Positions 16,790 to 25,060 of a DNA stretch of 64,000 nucleotides are shown in pieces. Source of the DNA: a virus. Taxonomy: Duplodnaviria; Heunggongvirae; Uroviricota; Caudoviricetes. The translations under genes and the position numbers were made by a program. The notes under the pieces are model-generated. The model saw nothing but the letters and a program-made list of their open reading frames with translations. It was not told the origin of the DNA and did not search any database. Each line of letters begins with the position of its first letter. The first letter of the stretch is position 1. The stretch lies in the IMG/VR virus record IMGVR_UViG_3300024272_000027. One strand, 5' to 3'.

Positions 16790-17960
16790 GTTGATAAGGT
16801 CCAACTGAAAACACCACTCGTAGTCTATGACTGTTTACGTCAATTGGACAACTACGTTGCCCCAGAGAAGTCTAACCCAATTCTCGCCTGCATCTAACTT
16901 CTTCTCTGCCCGCCAACACATCCACATACCTGTGCACTAATATCATCACCAATATTACTGATAATCTCAAGATTCGGCTTATTATTCCTACTACCCAATA
17001 TATCTGGGAATATACTCCCTTGATGAATTCTCATTCCTCACTTCAAGTATAAGATTAAGCAGTTTATATCCTCTTATACCGTTTAGTGTCGTGCGCTCCA
17101 CTCAGGGCAGTCGGCTACCACTTATAACCAAAAGTACTATATACCTCAGATTATAAGCTGTCCGAAATTCATACCCAGCCTTGTAAGCCTTTGCGAGGCT
17201 ACTGCCAAATATGACCTCACTGACCTATTCTGCGTGGGGTCTCCTATCTTCTTGTGCGGAGTTTCCAAATTCGTACCTTCAAAAACATATACAACAATTA
17301 CCCCTTCGGGTTACTGATAACTATTTTCAAACATATTCAGTCACATAGATGACAAGTCTGAGCTTCGAGTAGCGACCTCTAACTTCTTGCCACGAAGTCT
17401 GGGCTTCCCGTTAACGGCGGGACCCTGGACCACAAAAACTATGACAGGAATGATTACCTGTACCTTTCACCGTCTGTTCAGAAGAATTTGATAATTTTTA
17501 ATTTCTAAATTATATGTTCTTCACTTACCAATGGTCTTCGGCTACTTGGAGATTGGATGAGCATCTTATACTTTCTCTTTCGAGAACATCACGACCAACA
17601 CTCTTACGGCTATTCCAAGGTTTATATACAGTCACCAGCTAAATATCTAACTTGGATTCGGAAAGGCCTGTTCAGCACAATCTTTCAATTACGAGTGCGA
17701 TGCACATTCTACCTTTGTTTGCAATAATCTCAGTACAGAGTCCGTTCCATTGAAGTTTACTTCTGCAACCTTAAGCATCACTACTTAAAGTAACGACATT
17801 TTCCGAGTATCCTCTTACGTTCCTCTGTCGTGGAACAGTATCCGAAGATTTAGGACCCTTCTCAGCATTGGAAGCGTATCCAATGTTTATCACTGAGTTA
17901 TATTGTATACGTTTGTCAAGGTACGAATATAAGTTTTATTTTTATCTATGTCAGTTAAAA
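16790..17960 (-). ncRNA. candidate large structured ncRNA (ORF-free, GC-enriched 1.15-kb spacer inside the tRNA array; strand uncertain)
   Basis: No ORF of 60 aa or more on any frame between 16182 and 18193 apart from tRNAs; local GC clearly above genome average; multiple GC-rich hairpins with UUCG/GAAA-type loops (e.g. CCCCUUCGGGG at about 17300, CCGUUAACGG at about 17415). Confidence 0.3.
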
Positions 17961-17978
17961 CTTATAAATAACTTCCAT

Positions 17979-18053
17979 TGGAGCTGATGATAGGATTCGA
18001 ACCTACAACCAGCTGATTACAAATCAGCTGCTCTACCATTGAGCCACATCAGC
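17979..18053 (-). tRNA. tRNA-Thr(UGU)
   Basis: Acceptor GCUGAUG/CAUCAGC, D-arm UGGCUCAAUGGUAGAGC, anticodon arm GCUGA-UUUGUAA-UCAGC. Confidence 0.7.
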
Positions 18054-18149
18054 AAATATATGTAAAGGTTTGTAAAAGTAGCGCTAGTGCAGGCACCAAC
18101 TCTCAAAGACTCCACCTTTGTGTCTTCTGCACTTATTTATTATACAATA

Positions 18150-18183
18150 ATTATATATTAAAATCTTAAAAGATTCAACTAAA
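18150..18183 (-). promoter_or_regulatory. sigma70-like promoter upstream of tRNA-Thr (TTGAAT - 17 - TATAAT)
   Basis: Minus read TTAGTTGAATCTTTTAAGATTTTAATATATAAT. Confidence 0.45.
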
Positions 18184-18192
18184 TCTTATATT

Positions 18193-18975
18193 TTATTCTG
18201 AACAATCTATCCACTTAGTACCGTTGTATATCTTAGGAGTTGCTTTTACCCACTTAGTGCCGTTATATATATGAGCACTGTAAAACTTACCTCCAATATG
18301 AACACCATACTTTGTAACTTCAGGTTCGGGTTCGGGCTCAGGTTCAGGCGGTGTAGGAGGGTTTGGATTATCAGGCACCTCTGCAACGCCTGGGTTAACA
18401 ACAAATCCTAAACACACAGTTCCGGACGGACAAGTGTTTTGATAAGGCCATAAGTTATTAGAACCTCTACTAATCGTTCGAGTGTCACAACACCAGCCTG
18501 TACCGTCAGTACTTAATTCAGTCCACGATGGTGTGTTATAACCTGATTGGATAATAGTTATTGTGTTATTATCAATAACTTCGGCAATGTAAGCAACGTG
18601 ATTAGCTCCGCCACCCCAAGCAATCAATCCTCCAACCGGAGGAACGCCTGATGCTGCTATAGTGGTTAACCCTAATGATTGCGCAGTCTCAATAGTTTTA
18701 TTGCCGTTACGTACAAATCCATAATACTGTTTAGCAGTAAAGTTACTATTAACAAGTTGTTTACATTTTACATAAGTTTCATTGAATGCACCATTTGCAA
18801 GTCCTACACAGTTACATAAAACATCTGCACCGCTTCGTACAGGGCTACCTGCAATACAACCGGAGTAACCTCCACTGGATGTGCGATTGTAAAATTTGTT
18901 GTTTTTTACTATATAACCATTTTTACGGATACCGTTCACAAAAGATTCGGATTTTAAACCCTTATTAACAGCCAT
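18193..18975 (-). CDS. cell-wall hydrolase / endolysin: N-terminal CHAP-like cysteine peptidase, PEPEPEPEPE linker, C-terminal YNGTKW repeats
   Basis: Cys motif GYSGCIAGS and His motif GGANHVAYIAEV typical of the CHAP/NlpC-P60 fold; Pro-Glu linker; duplicated cell-wall-binding-like C-terminal repeats. Confidence 0.5.
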   Translation of the reverse strand: MAVNKGLKSESFVNGIRKNGYIVKNNKFYNRTSSGGYSGCIAGSPVRSGADVLCNCVGLANGAFNETYVKCKQLVNSNFTAKQYYGFVRNGNKTIETAQSLGLTTIAASGVPPVGGLIAWGGGANHVAYIAEVIDNNTITIIQSGYNTPSWTELSTDGTGWCCDTRTISRGSNNLWPYQNTCPSGTVCLGFVVNPGVAEVPDNPNPPTPPEPEPEPEPEVTKYGVHIGGKFYSAHIYNGTKWVKATPKIYNGTKWIDCSE

Positions 18976-18980
18976 CTACA

Positions 18981-19796
18981 TCACTTCTTAAATAAGTTTA
19001 ACATCCAGTTAATTATCTTATATATGACATCAATAAATTTACCACGTACGGGGACCATTACATCTGAAGGTAAATCATCAACTAATCCTTTTGCTTCTGC
19101 AACTGGGATTTCATAAGGGAGAATAAATCTACCATTTGTACCCCAGTTAGTTCCCCAACTGTTTTGACATAAGAAACCTCTTGCATTCCAACCGTAAATC
19201 ATAACAGCGTGATAACCATAATCGCCTTTTCGAGCTCCTGTAAGAACTCCATCTTTATCACACTTGAAAGTGTCATACCACTTGATAGAACATAATACGG
19301 GACCGTAATTATATAAAGCTCTTTGGATATCATCCACAGTTGTACAGTTAAAATATGTCTTTGTATTGAAGTTTGCAGCCCTTTCTTTACGGTCTTCGTG
19401 TGTTAAAGCTTCTTCCGCTATCTCCCACGATTTGGGCACTTCGTCATTACCAGGGCAATCTGATTCTAACATATCACCATAAGTAGTAACTATCTTGCAA
19501 GCGTCTCTAAGATACATACCTGAACCTTCGTGACCACAAAGTTGTTTCTGTATTCCATATATAAAGTTTGTTGATAGTGTATTATTGCCAATACCCATAT
19601 CGTGAAACTCAAGGATAGAACTTGTTGTATGTGCTACACAAGATGAAACACTTCTTTGATTTTTAACTTTAGGTAACCCTTTTTGAGGAATATATGCAAC
19701 GGGTAAAGGATTACTACTAGTTGATTTTGCTAATCTAAAGTCCCTGACGTCAACTTTAGGAGGCATACAGCCGTAATCATAATGTATCTTACTCAT
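18981..19796 (-). CDS. papain-like (C1-type) cysteine peptidase
   Basis: Cys motif SVSSCVAHTTSS, His motif GYHAVMIYGW, and QNSWGTNWGTNGRF matching the C1 NSWG..WG..GY signature. Confidence 0.5.
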   Translation of the reverse strand: MSKIHYDYGCMPPKVDVRDFRLAKSTSSNPLPVAYIPQKGLPKVKNQRSVSSCVAHTTSSILEFHDMGIGNNTLSTNFIYGIQKQLCGHEGSGMYLRDACKIVTTYGDMLESDCPGNDEVPKSWEIAEEALTHEDRKERAANFNTKTYFNCTTVDDIQRALYNYGPVLCSIKWYDTFKCDKDGVLTGARKGDYGYHAVMIYGWNARGFLCQNSWGTNWGTNGRFILPYEIPVAEAKGLVDDLPSDVMVPVRGKFIDVIYKIINWMLNLFKK

Positions 19797-19854
19797 CTAG
19801 GACCTGTCCTTTCTGACATTACCAACCACGCTCTTTTTCGTTAGAATGCATCCA

Positions 19855-19989
19855 TCATCTGCCGCCTTCTCTATCTTCAATGTTTCTAAGTTTTCTCATA
19901 AGTTTCTTAACAATTCTTCCGTTATCCTTACCTCTGTTTGTAAGTAACTGAATTCTGTTCTCATAGTAAAGTTTATCTCTTATAACCAT
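19855..19989 (-). CDS. small basic protein (about 44 aa, not in ORF track)
   Basis: ATG with GAGGTGA RBS 6 nt upstream; reads MVIRDKLYYENRIQLLTNRGKDNGRIVKKLMRKL... Confidence 0.25.
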   Translation of the reverse strand: MVIRDKLYYENRIQLLTNRGKDNGRIVKKLMRKLRNIEDREGGR

Positions 19990-19999
19990 TGGATTCACC

Positions 20000-20164
20000 T
20001 CATATATGTTTTGACTTAATAAATCCACATTTATCGCAACACATTACAATCTTCTCACCACAAGGACGTTTTGCAAAGTCATCCTCATAAAGAAGTACAC
20101 GTTTTATAACTGTGAACTTATGAGCGCAAAAACATTGTCTTATGTACATCAATAAACTTCTCAT
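20000..20164 (-). CDS. small Cys-rich protein (ORF-track start at 20224 overlaps tRNA-Ser; internal Met start used)
   Basis: ORF track 20000..20224; CFCAHK...CGEKIVMCCDKC Cys cluster; upstream part overlaps the tRNA-Ser 3' end. Confidence 0.3.
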   Translation of the reverse strand: MRSLLMYIRQCFCAHKFTVIKRVLLYEDDFAKRPCGEKIVMCCDKCGFIKSKHI

Positions 20165-20192
20165 CAATAAGTCTTCTTTCAATAAAATAAAA

Positions 20193-20278
20193 TGGCGGAA
20201 CCGCCGCGACTCGAACGCGGACAACCTTTCGGTTGGACACCTTAGCAGGGTGTTGAGATACCATTACTCCACGGCTCC
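20193..20278 (-). tRNA. tRNA-Ser(GCU), type II
   Basis: Anticodon arm ACACC-CUGCUAA-GGUGU, long variable arm CAACCGAAAGGUUG, T-arm CGCGUUCGAGUCGCG, CCA encoded. Confidence 0.7.
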
Positions 20279-20530
20279 ATAGAATTCACTGTGGACAACT
20301 TCTCACTAGTCACCGGATATCAGTGTGCATATCCTTTACTAGTGCGTTTATCTTTTATCTATAGAGCACTACCAATATAGATACACGGGCACAGCTACTT
20401 TACTCCGTGGTGACGATTAGCTGATTATCACGTCCAACGATGTCCCCGCCCCAGTACTCTCCCAGTAGGAACTTAAAAACTATATATAGTTAGGATGTCC
20501 ATATTTGAAACTTCCACGCTGGACAAGCGC

Positions 20531-20618
20531 TGGCGCCGGATGAGGGACTCGAACCCCCACAGACTTGCATCTGAACGGTTTTCAAGACCGCTGCAGTTCC
20601 AATTATGCTTAATCCGGC
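20531..20618 (-). tRNA. tRNA-Ser(UGA), type II
   Basis: Acceptor GCCGGAU/AUCCGGC, anticodon arm GCGGU-CUUGAAA-ACCGU, long variable arm, T-arm GGGGGUUCGAGUCCCUC. Confidence 0.65.
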
Positions 20619-20629
20619 ATATAATTAAA

Positions 20630-21245
20630 ATGTGGTTTTTCGCGATGCTCCTGATTCACACGCCTTGTCCTTACCTAATCGGGCTAATGTGTTATACCCT
20701 CTCGACCACGAACACTTCAGGTCTACCTTTCGGCGAGTAGTATATTCCGACCTACTAACGAGTTGGGGACTTTATTTTACTTCGTTGCTCCAACCCTCGA
20801 AGTTACTTACCATAACACTTGGATAAAAACTACCCAGACCCATCCGGAAAACTGGGGTAGATATGCTAGCTTTCGATTAAATAGGCGAGGCACAGCCCAA
20901 CCAATATCTCACATATCTCACTTAGTATATTATGCTTACTTTGGACCGGATTTTTATACCTCAGAGCACCCGGAAACTGAGGAGTATTTATGACTTAAAA
21001 GATACGTAGCCAATGACTGCATAGTTCTCCCAGTATCATAAACCATTTAGTGTATAGTCATTCGTTCGACCGGATTTTTGTTTGATTATCAAAGTTATCA
21101 TCTTCACTAGGCCTATTCGTCGCTGCCTATTGTCTGAGCGTCTGTGAGCACATCGGACTTTCCTCACAGCTCTTAGTAGTCTCTACAGTATGAGTCACTG
21201 ATTTATAGGAAAAGTGTTGTGCCTTTTAACCTATGCAAGACCTCA
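20630..21245 (-). ncRNA. second ORF-free GC-enriched spacer in the tRNA array, candidate structured ncRNA
   Basis: About 600 nt without ORFs; repeated GNRA-type loop motifs on the minus strand (CCGAAAGG, CCAGUUUUCCGG, CUCAGUUUCCGGG). Confidence 0.25.
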
Positions 21246-21255
21246 ATCCGTCTAG

Positions 21256-21332
21256 TGGTACCCACTGAGAGACTCGAACTCCCGACACCTTGGTTCGTAG
21301 CCAAGTGCTCTAATCCACTGAGCTAAGTGGGC
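21256..21332 (-). tRNA. tRNA-Arg(ACG)
   Basis: Anticodon arm CUUGG-CUACGAA-CCAAG, D-arm UAGCUCAGUGGAUUAGAGC. Confidence 0.7.
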
Positions 21333-21341
21333 ATATGTATA

Positions 21342-21416
21342 TGGTACCCTCACTAGGAATCGAACCTAGATAGCGGCCTTAGAAGGACCGAGTTCTATCC
21401 ATTGAACTATGAGGGC
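21342..21416 (-). tRNA. tRNA-Arg(UCU)
   Basis: Anticodon arm CGGUC-CUUCUAA-GGCCG, T-arm UAGGUUCGAUUCCUA. Confidence 0.65.
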
Positions 21417-21604
21417 AAATACTGGAAGCTTCCTACACCGTTTCGGATAGAGGTTTACCAACCCCAATGCATTGTCGCCCGTTTATGCTTTGGTCACTAA
21501 CGGTCCGTTAAATATACCCTTGTTACACCGCTATTTGATTTATAGGCGTTACCCTATGGGAAGTTATCATAACAACAGGACATTCTTCCCCGACTGGTAC
21601 AAGA

Positions 21605-21678
21605 TGTCGGATTCGAACCGCGCTGCATCATCCCAAATGACGCGTGCTACCATTACACTACATCCTGTATATTGATGG
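21605..21678 (-). tRNA. tRNA-Pro(UGG)
   Basis: Anticodon arm CGUCA-UUUGGGA-UGAUG, T-arm GCGCGGUUCGAAUCCG. Confidence 0.65.
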
Positions 21679-21685
21679 AGGAAAG

Positions 21686-21759
21686 TATTGGAGTCGAACC
21701 AATTTAAAGCGGGTTGCAACCGCCTACATAGCCGTCCTGACCACTTTCCTTATGGTGGG
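21686..21759 (-). tRNA. tRNA-Cys(GCA)
   Basis: Acceptor GGAAAGU/ACUUUCC, anticodon arm GGCGG-UUGCAAC-CCGCU. Confidence 0.65.
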
Positions 21760-21762
21760 AAG

Positions 21763-21837
21763 CCAGGGACTTGAACCCTGCCTAAGAGAGCCACAACCTC
21801 TCGTGCTACCGCTACACTAGCAACCCCGTATAAGATG
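21763..21837 (-). tRNA. tRNA-His(GUG) with extra 5' G; acceptor stem carries two U.U mismatches
   Basis: Anticodon arm AGAGG-UUGUGGC-UCUCU; 5' GGGGUUGC vs 3' GCUUCCC. Confidence 0.55.
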
Positions 21838-22034
21838 ATTTACAGATATTCCGGATATATCTCTTTATGAAAGCAAATCAATTCCAACACTTAGCTCTTA
21901 ACTTAAGTTCGTTTTCGTACAACTTAGCAAACAAGTATTAACAAACTTTAAAACGGAAGGTTTTCTGGTACTACCTACAAACCCAACACTGTCGTAGTGG
22001 TACGCATAGCCTTGTACAGAGGGGCTTGACCTCT

Positions 22035-22119
22035 TGGTGGGCAGGGTGGGTGTCGAGCCCACTATTCCCGAAGGAGCCGGATTTACAGTCCGGTGCGTTT
22101 GCCGATTCGCTACCTACCC
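22035..22119 (-). tRNA. tRNA-Tyr(GUA), type II
   Basis: Acceptor GGGUAGG/CCUGCCC, anticodon arm CCGGA-CUGUAAA-UCCGG, long variable arm CUCCUUCGGGAAUAGU. Confidence 0.65.
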
Positions 22120-22487
22120 GTATTATATAAATGACTTCTCCTACTGTTAACCACTTAGGTATGTGCTCCGCTGCTTTCCGTCATTAGCAGGATTGACCTT
22201 TCCTGAGCCTTCTTACATCAACTGGACATCTCTTATAGTTGCAACTATAAATGGTAACACAAGATGGATTCAAATTGAACCTTATATGTTGATTTAACTC
22301 CACTTCTCCGTAATCAATCGGAATACATTATTTCATTATTCACGTGTCTATGTGCACTATAGATAAACTGGCAACGGGCGAGCTATTTAACTTCGAAGTT
22401 TGCAACCCTCTCCGTGAACACTTCTTCCTCCCAGTAATTAGCTGGTTAACGAGCTTATCCCTGTTAACTAGTATAGTGGACCGCGTC

Positions 22488-22564
22488 TGGTACCTGAAAT
22501 TGGAATTGAACCAACGACCTTCGGGGTATGAATCCGATGCTCTTACCTGCTGAGCTATTCAGGC
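22488..22564 (-). tRNA. tRNA-Met(CAU), initiator-like anticodon arm (UCGGA-UUCAUAC-CCCGA)
   Basis: Resembles the bacterial tRNA-fMet anticodon arm CUCGGGCUCAUAACCCGAAG. Confidence 0.6.
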
Positions 22565-22575
22565 ATATTTAATCT

Positions 22576-22746
22576 TTATTGTTTAAAAGGATTCTCACTG
22601 TTAAGCCATTTCTTTAATTCTTCAGTACACTCAGAGCACAACTCATAGTCTGTATCGCCGTAAGGATGAACATAAATCTTTATCTTTGTATCAGGTGCAT
22701 ACTGCAATACTCTTTTACACTTGTCACATATCTTTGCGTGTCCCAT
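22576..22746 (-). CDS. small zinc-ribbon protein (56 aa, not in ORF track)
   Basis: Reads MGHAKICDKCKRVLQYAPDTKIKIYVHPYGDTDYELCSECTEELKKWLNSENPFKQ with two CxxC pairs; sits between tRNAs. Confidence 0.4.
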   Translation of the reverse strand: MGHAKICDKCKRVLQYAPDTKIKIYVHPYGDTDYELCSECTEELKKWLNSENPFKQ

Positions 22747-22767
22747 CTAAAACCTCATAAACAATAT

Positions 22768-22851
22768 TGGTGCCGGTGACAGGACTTGAACCTGCACGCA
22801 CTTGGCACTAGTTCCTAAGACTAGTGTGTCTGCCAATTCCACCACACCGGC
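22768..22851 (-). tRNA. tRNA-Leu(UAG), type II
   Basis: Acceptor GCCGGUG/CACCGGC, anticodon arm CUAGU-CUUAGGA-ACUAG, long variable arm. Confidence 0.7.
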
Positions 22852-22859
22852 ATACTAGT

Positions 22860-22935
22860 TGGTGGGTTGAGTTGGTATCGAACCAACATCCGTGGATTTT
22901 CAGTCCACTGCATAGACCGTCTTTGCTATCAACCC
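22860..22935 (-). tRNA. tRNA-Phe(GAA)
   Basis: Acceptor GGGUUGA/UCAACCC, anticodon arm GUGGA-CUGAAAA-UCCAC. Confidence 0.7.
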
Positions 22936-22937
22936 AT

Positions 22938-23013
22938 TGGTGTGCCTGAGAGGGCTTGAACCTCCGACAACTCGATTAAAAGTCGAGTGCTCTACCAACT
23001 GAGCTACAGGCAC
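22938..23013 (-). tRNA. tRNA-Lys(UUU)
   Basis: Acceptor GUGCCUG/CAGGCAC, anticodon arm CUCGA-CUUUUAA-UCGAG. Confidence 0.7.
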
Positions 23014-23147
23014 ATATATTATGTTAAAAGGAACTAACAAATCGTGCACCACTACACTATCCGAATCGAACGGTTCTTCAACAATGTTCCTAGGATTGTT
23101 GACGCACACCTCGTGCTCCCGAATTGAACGGTCCTTATTTGTTACCT

Positions 23148-23224
23148 TGGTGCAAGTGAGTGGATTCGAACCACTGACCTTCCGCTTATCAGACGGAAAC
23201 TCTAACCAACTGAGCTACACTTGC
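23148..23224 (-). tRNA. tRNA-Ile(GAU)
   Basis: Acceptor GCAAGUG/CACUUGC, anticodon arm UCCGU-CUGAUAA-GCGGA. Confidence 0.7.
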
Positions 23225-23582
23225 ATAAAAACACCATTTCTGACCATATCGCACTTTATATGTGGAGCATCTGAATCCATTAGCAGATAACCTATTCGTT
23301 AGATAATGGTGTTTAGTTAAAGTACTCTCACTTCTCTTTTGGTTTAGGATGTTCAGATTCAATTAGCTGACAACCCTTGTTGAACTTTCAGTTTTGAGTA
23401 CTAGTTTAATGCCAAGTCTACTCTTTCGTATCTTGCCGGACTTTCACCGCTTGGACTTCTTATATATGAGCATTGCATAAGTCACTCATTCAAGGGATGA
23501 ACCAACCCCCACTCATATATCTATCCTAATCAACCTCAAACGGACAGCTGAAATATCAATAGCAACTTTCACGATTAGGATT

Positions 23583-23658
23583 TGGTGCGGAATGTAGGAC
23601 TCGAACCTACAACTTTCTCCTTGTAAGGGAGGCACGCTTCCAGTTGCGTCAATCCCGC
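23583..23658 (-). tRNA. tRNA-Val(UAC)
   Basis: Anticodon loop CUUACAA, T-arm GUAGGUUCGAGUCCUAC. Confidence 0.65.
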
Positions 23659-23662
23659 ATAT

Positions 23663-23739
23663 TGGTGGGAACGACAGGATTCGAACCTGTGACCTGCCGG
23701 TTATGAGCCGGATGCTCTGACCAACTGAGCTAAGTTCCC
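23663..23739 (-). tRNA. tRNA-Met/Ile2(CAU), third CAU species (loop CUCAUAA)
   Basis: Anticodon arm CCGG-CUCAUAA-CCGG; D-arm UAGCUCAGUUGGUCAGAGC. Confidence 0.6.
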
Positions 23740-23773
23740 ATAAAGGGTGTTGCCACCCTAAAAGATATGTAAC

Positions 23774-24103
23774 TTACTTGCCGATGATGTCGAGAATCTT
23801 CTTACGAACAGCTTCGTTATCAGAAATAACTTTTTCAACATTCGCCTTGTTCTCTTCTGCAAACTTCTTAAGCTTATCAAGGTCAGCAACGGATTTTGTT
23901 AACCCTTTGTTAACGGTCTCAAGCTTATTAGCAGTCTGACGGAACACGCTTAATGCTGAGTCTTTCTGAGTTGAAAAAGTGTCAATGTCGCCAAGAATTT
24001 TTTCCTTTGCAGAAGCAATAACTTCTTCTGTTGTAGGAGGAGTTACAATAGCAACTTGTTTCTTTTTCTTGAAAATGTTTTTCATACTAATACATCCTTT
24101 CAA
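23774..24103 (-). CDS. small coiled-coil protein (ORF-track TTG start; probable ATG start near 24085)
   Basis: ORF track; K/E-rich heptad-like sequence. Confidence 0.4.
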   Translation of the reverse strand: MKGCISMKNIFKKKKQVAIVTPPTTEEVIASAKEKILGDIDTFSTQKDSALSVFRQTANKLETVNKGLTKSVADLDKLKKFAEENKANVEKVISDNEAVRKKILDIIGK

Positions 24104-24120
24104 CTTATCTTTCTAAACAT

Positions 24121-24154
24121 ATTATATAATAAACTCATCAAGAGTTCAACTAAC
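24121..24154 (-). promoter_or_regulatory. sigma70-like promoter (TTGAAC - 17 - TATAAT)
   Basis: Minus read TAGTTGAACTCTTGATGAGTTTATTATATAAT. Confidence 0.45.
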
Positions 24155-24156
24155 TT

Positions 24157-24230
24157 TGGCATACCCTCAAAGATTTGAACTTTGACTAATGGTTTTGGAG
24201 ACCATCGTGCTACCGTTACACCAAGGATAT
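24157..24230 (-). tRNA. tRNA-Trp(CCA)
   Basis: Acceptor AUAUCCU/AGGGUAU (A1-U72), anticodon arm AUGGU-CUCCAAA-ACCAU. Confidence 0.6.
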
Positions 24231-24408
24231 ATGGTGCCAAGTGTTCCCTCTACGGTTGGCAACACTAGCCGTAAGCCACCACTATCAAATTTGACTTGCT
24301 CTATACTTTCAAGAGTCATAGCGTCCTGTGTTGTTTATGCTCTGCACCAAGCGTCCTCAGTGTTGAATGAAGTTCAAAACGCTTCAGGAATCTAAAAACC
24401 ATAGCACT

Positions 24409-24494
24409 TGGCATCTTTGGTAGGGCTCGAACCTACAAGAAGGACTGCGCTGTCCTCAGCCACCTTTTTACGGCAGCCGCGTTTGCCAATTTCG
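24409..24494 (-). tRNA. aberrant type-II tRNA-like gene (Tyr/Leu-like scaffold, A-rich anticodon loop GUAAAAA; specificity unclear, possibly pseudogene)
   Basis: Perfect 7-bp acceptor AUCUUUG/CAAAGAU + G + CCA, D-arm GCGAAAUUGGCAAACGC (near-identical to the tRNA-Tyr D-arm), stem GCUGCC/GGUGGC, long variable arm AGGACAGCGCAGUCCU, T-arm GUAGGUUCGAGCCCUAC. Confidence 0.4.
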
Positions 24495-24881
24495 CCACAA
24501 AGATAAATGGGCGTAACATCAAGAATCGAACTTGAATATCTTCATCTATGTAACTTGTACTTAATTACAATCATTGATGGTCTTTTACCTGGGATTCGGT
24601 TGCTTTACCATTAAGCTATATCACGTTATAAACTGATTTATTTGACTTTAGTGCTGCAGACACCATCCATCATATCGGACATAAATCAAATCCGGCTAGG
24701 CAGCTTGGTTTGTAGTTTCGCATCTACTTTCCTTTCGTGAAATTATCGGAGTGCCTTTGCCGTCTATCCATATAAAACCGAGTCATACGTTTCAGGTTCG
24801 TGTGACTATCACCATACCCACCTATATACGCTGTGGTTCGACTCATTCGTGCGATTTTTAAATATCGGGAAGAGTGTCCCT

Positions 24882-24955
24882 TGGCAGTCCCGACTGGGTT
24901 CGAACCAATAACAACGCAGTCAAAGTGCGTTGTGTTACCATTACACTACGGGACT
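24882..24955 (-). tRNA. tRNA-Gln(UUG)
   Basis: Acceptor AGUCCCG/CGGGACU, anticodon arm ACGCA-CUUUGAC-UGCGU. Confidence 0.7.
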
Positions 24956-25060
24956 ATGTAGTCTTTACTGTTGAAAGACGAAAGTCAACGGTCTTTGCCA
25001 GTTGTCATCTATTTTGCTCCTTGACACATCTAAATAGATAAAAATGTGTCTCAAACGGAC

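Noticed and set aside
18330-18365. Short tandem GAGCCCGAACC-like repeat (ggttcgggttcgggctcaggttcagg) that could be mistaken for a repeat array
   Set aside because: It encodes the PEPEPEPEPE interdomain linker of the CHAP peptidase. It is a protein-level linker, not a CRISPR array or DNA repeat element. No CRISPR arrays were seen anywhere in the window.
19855-19989. Possible phage ribosomal protein bS21 homolog, suggested by the small basic protein among tRNAs
   Set aside because: The sequence does not match the conserved bS21 N-terminal block. It is kept only as a low-confidence small basic protein.
20495-20993. Plus-strand ORFs 20495..20740, 20632..20826 and 20763..20993
   Set aside because: They overlap tRNA-Ser(UGA) and an ORF-free structured spacer. 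There is no RBS, the composition is typical of antisense tRNA readthrough, and every credible gene is on the minus strand.
24500-24620. Group I intron inside a tRNA gene
   Set aside because: The putative intervening sequence is only about 40 nt, far too short for a group I intron. Kept as an aberrant or split tRNA-like element instead.
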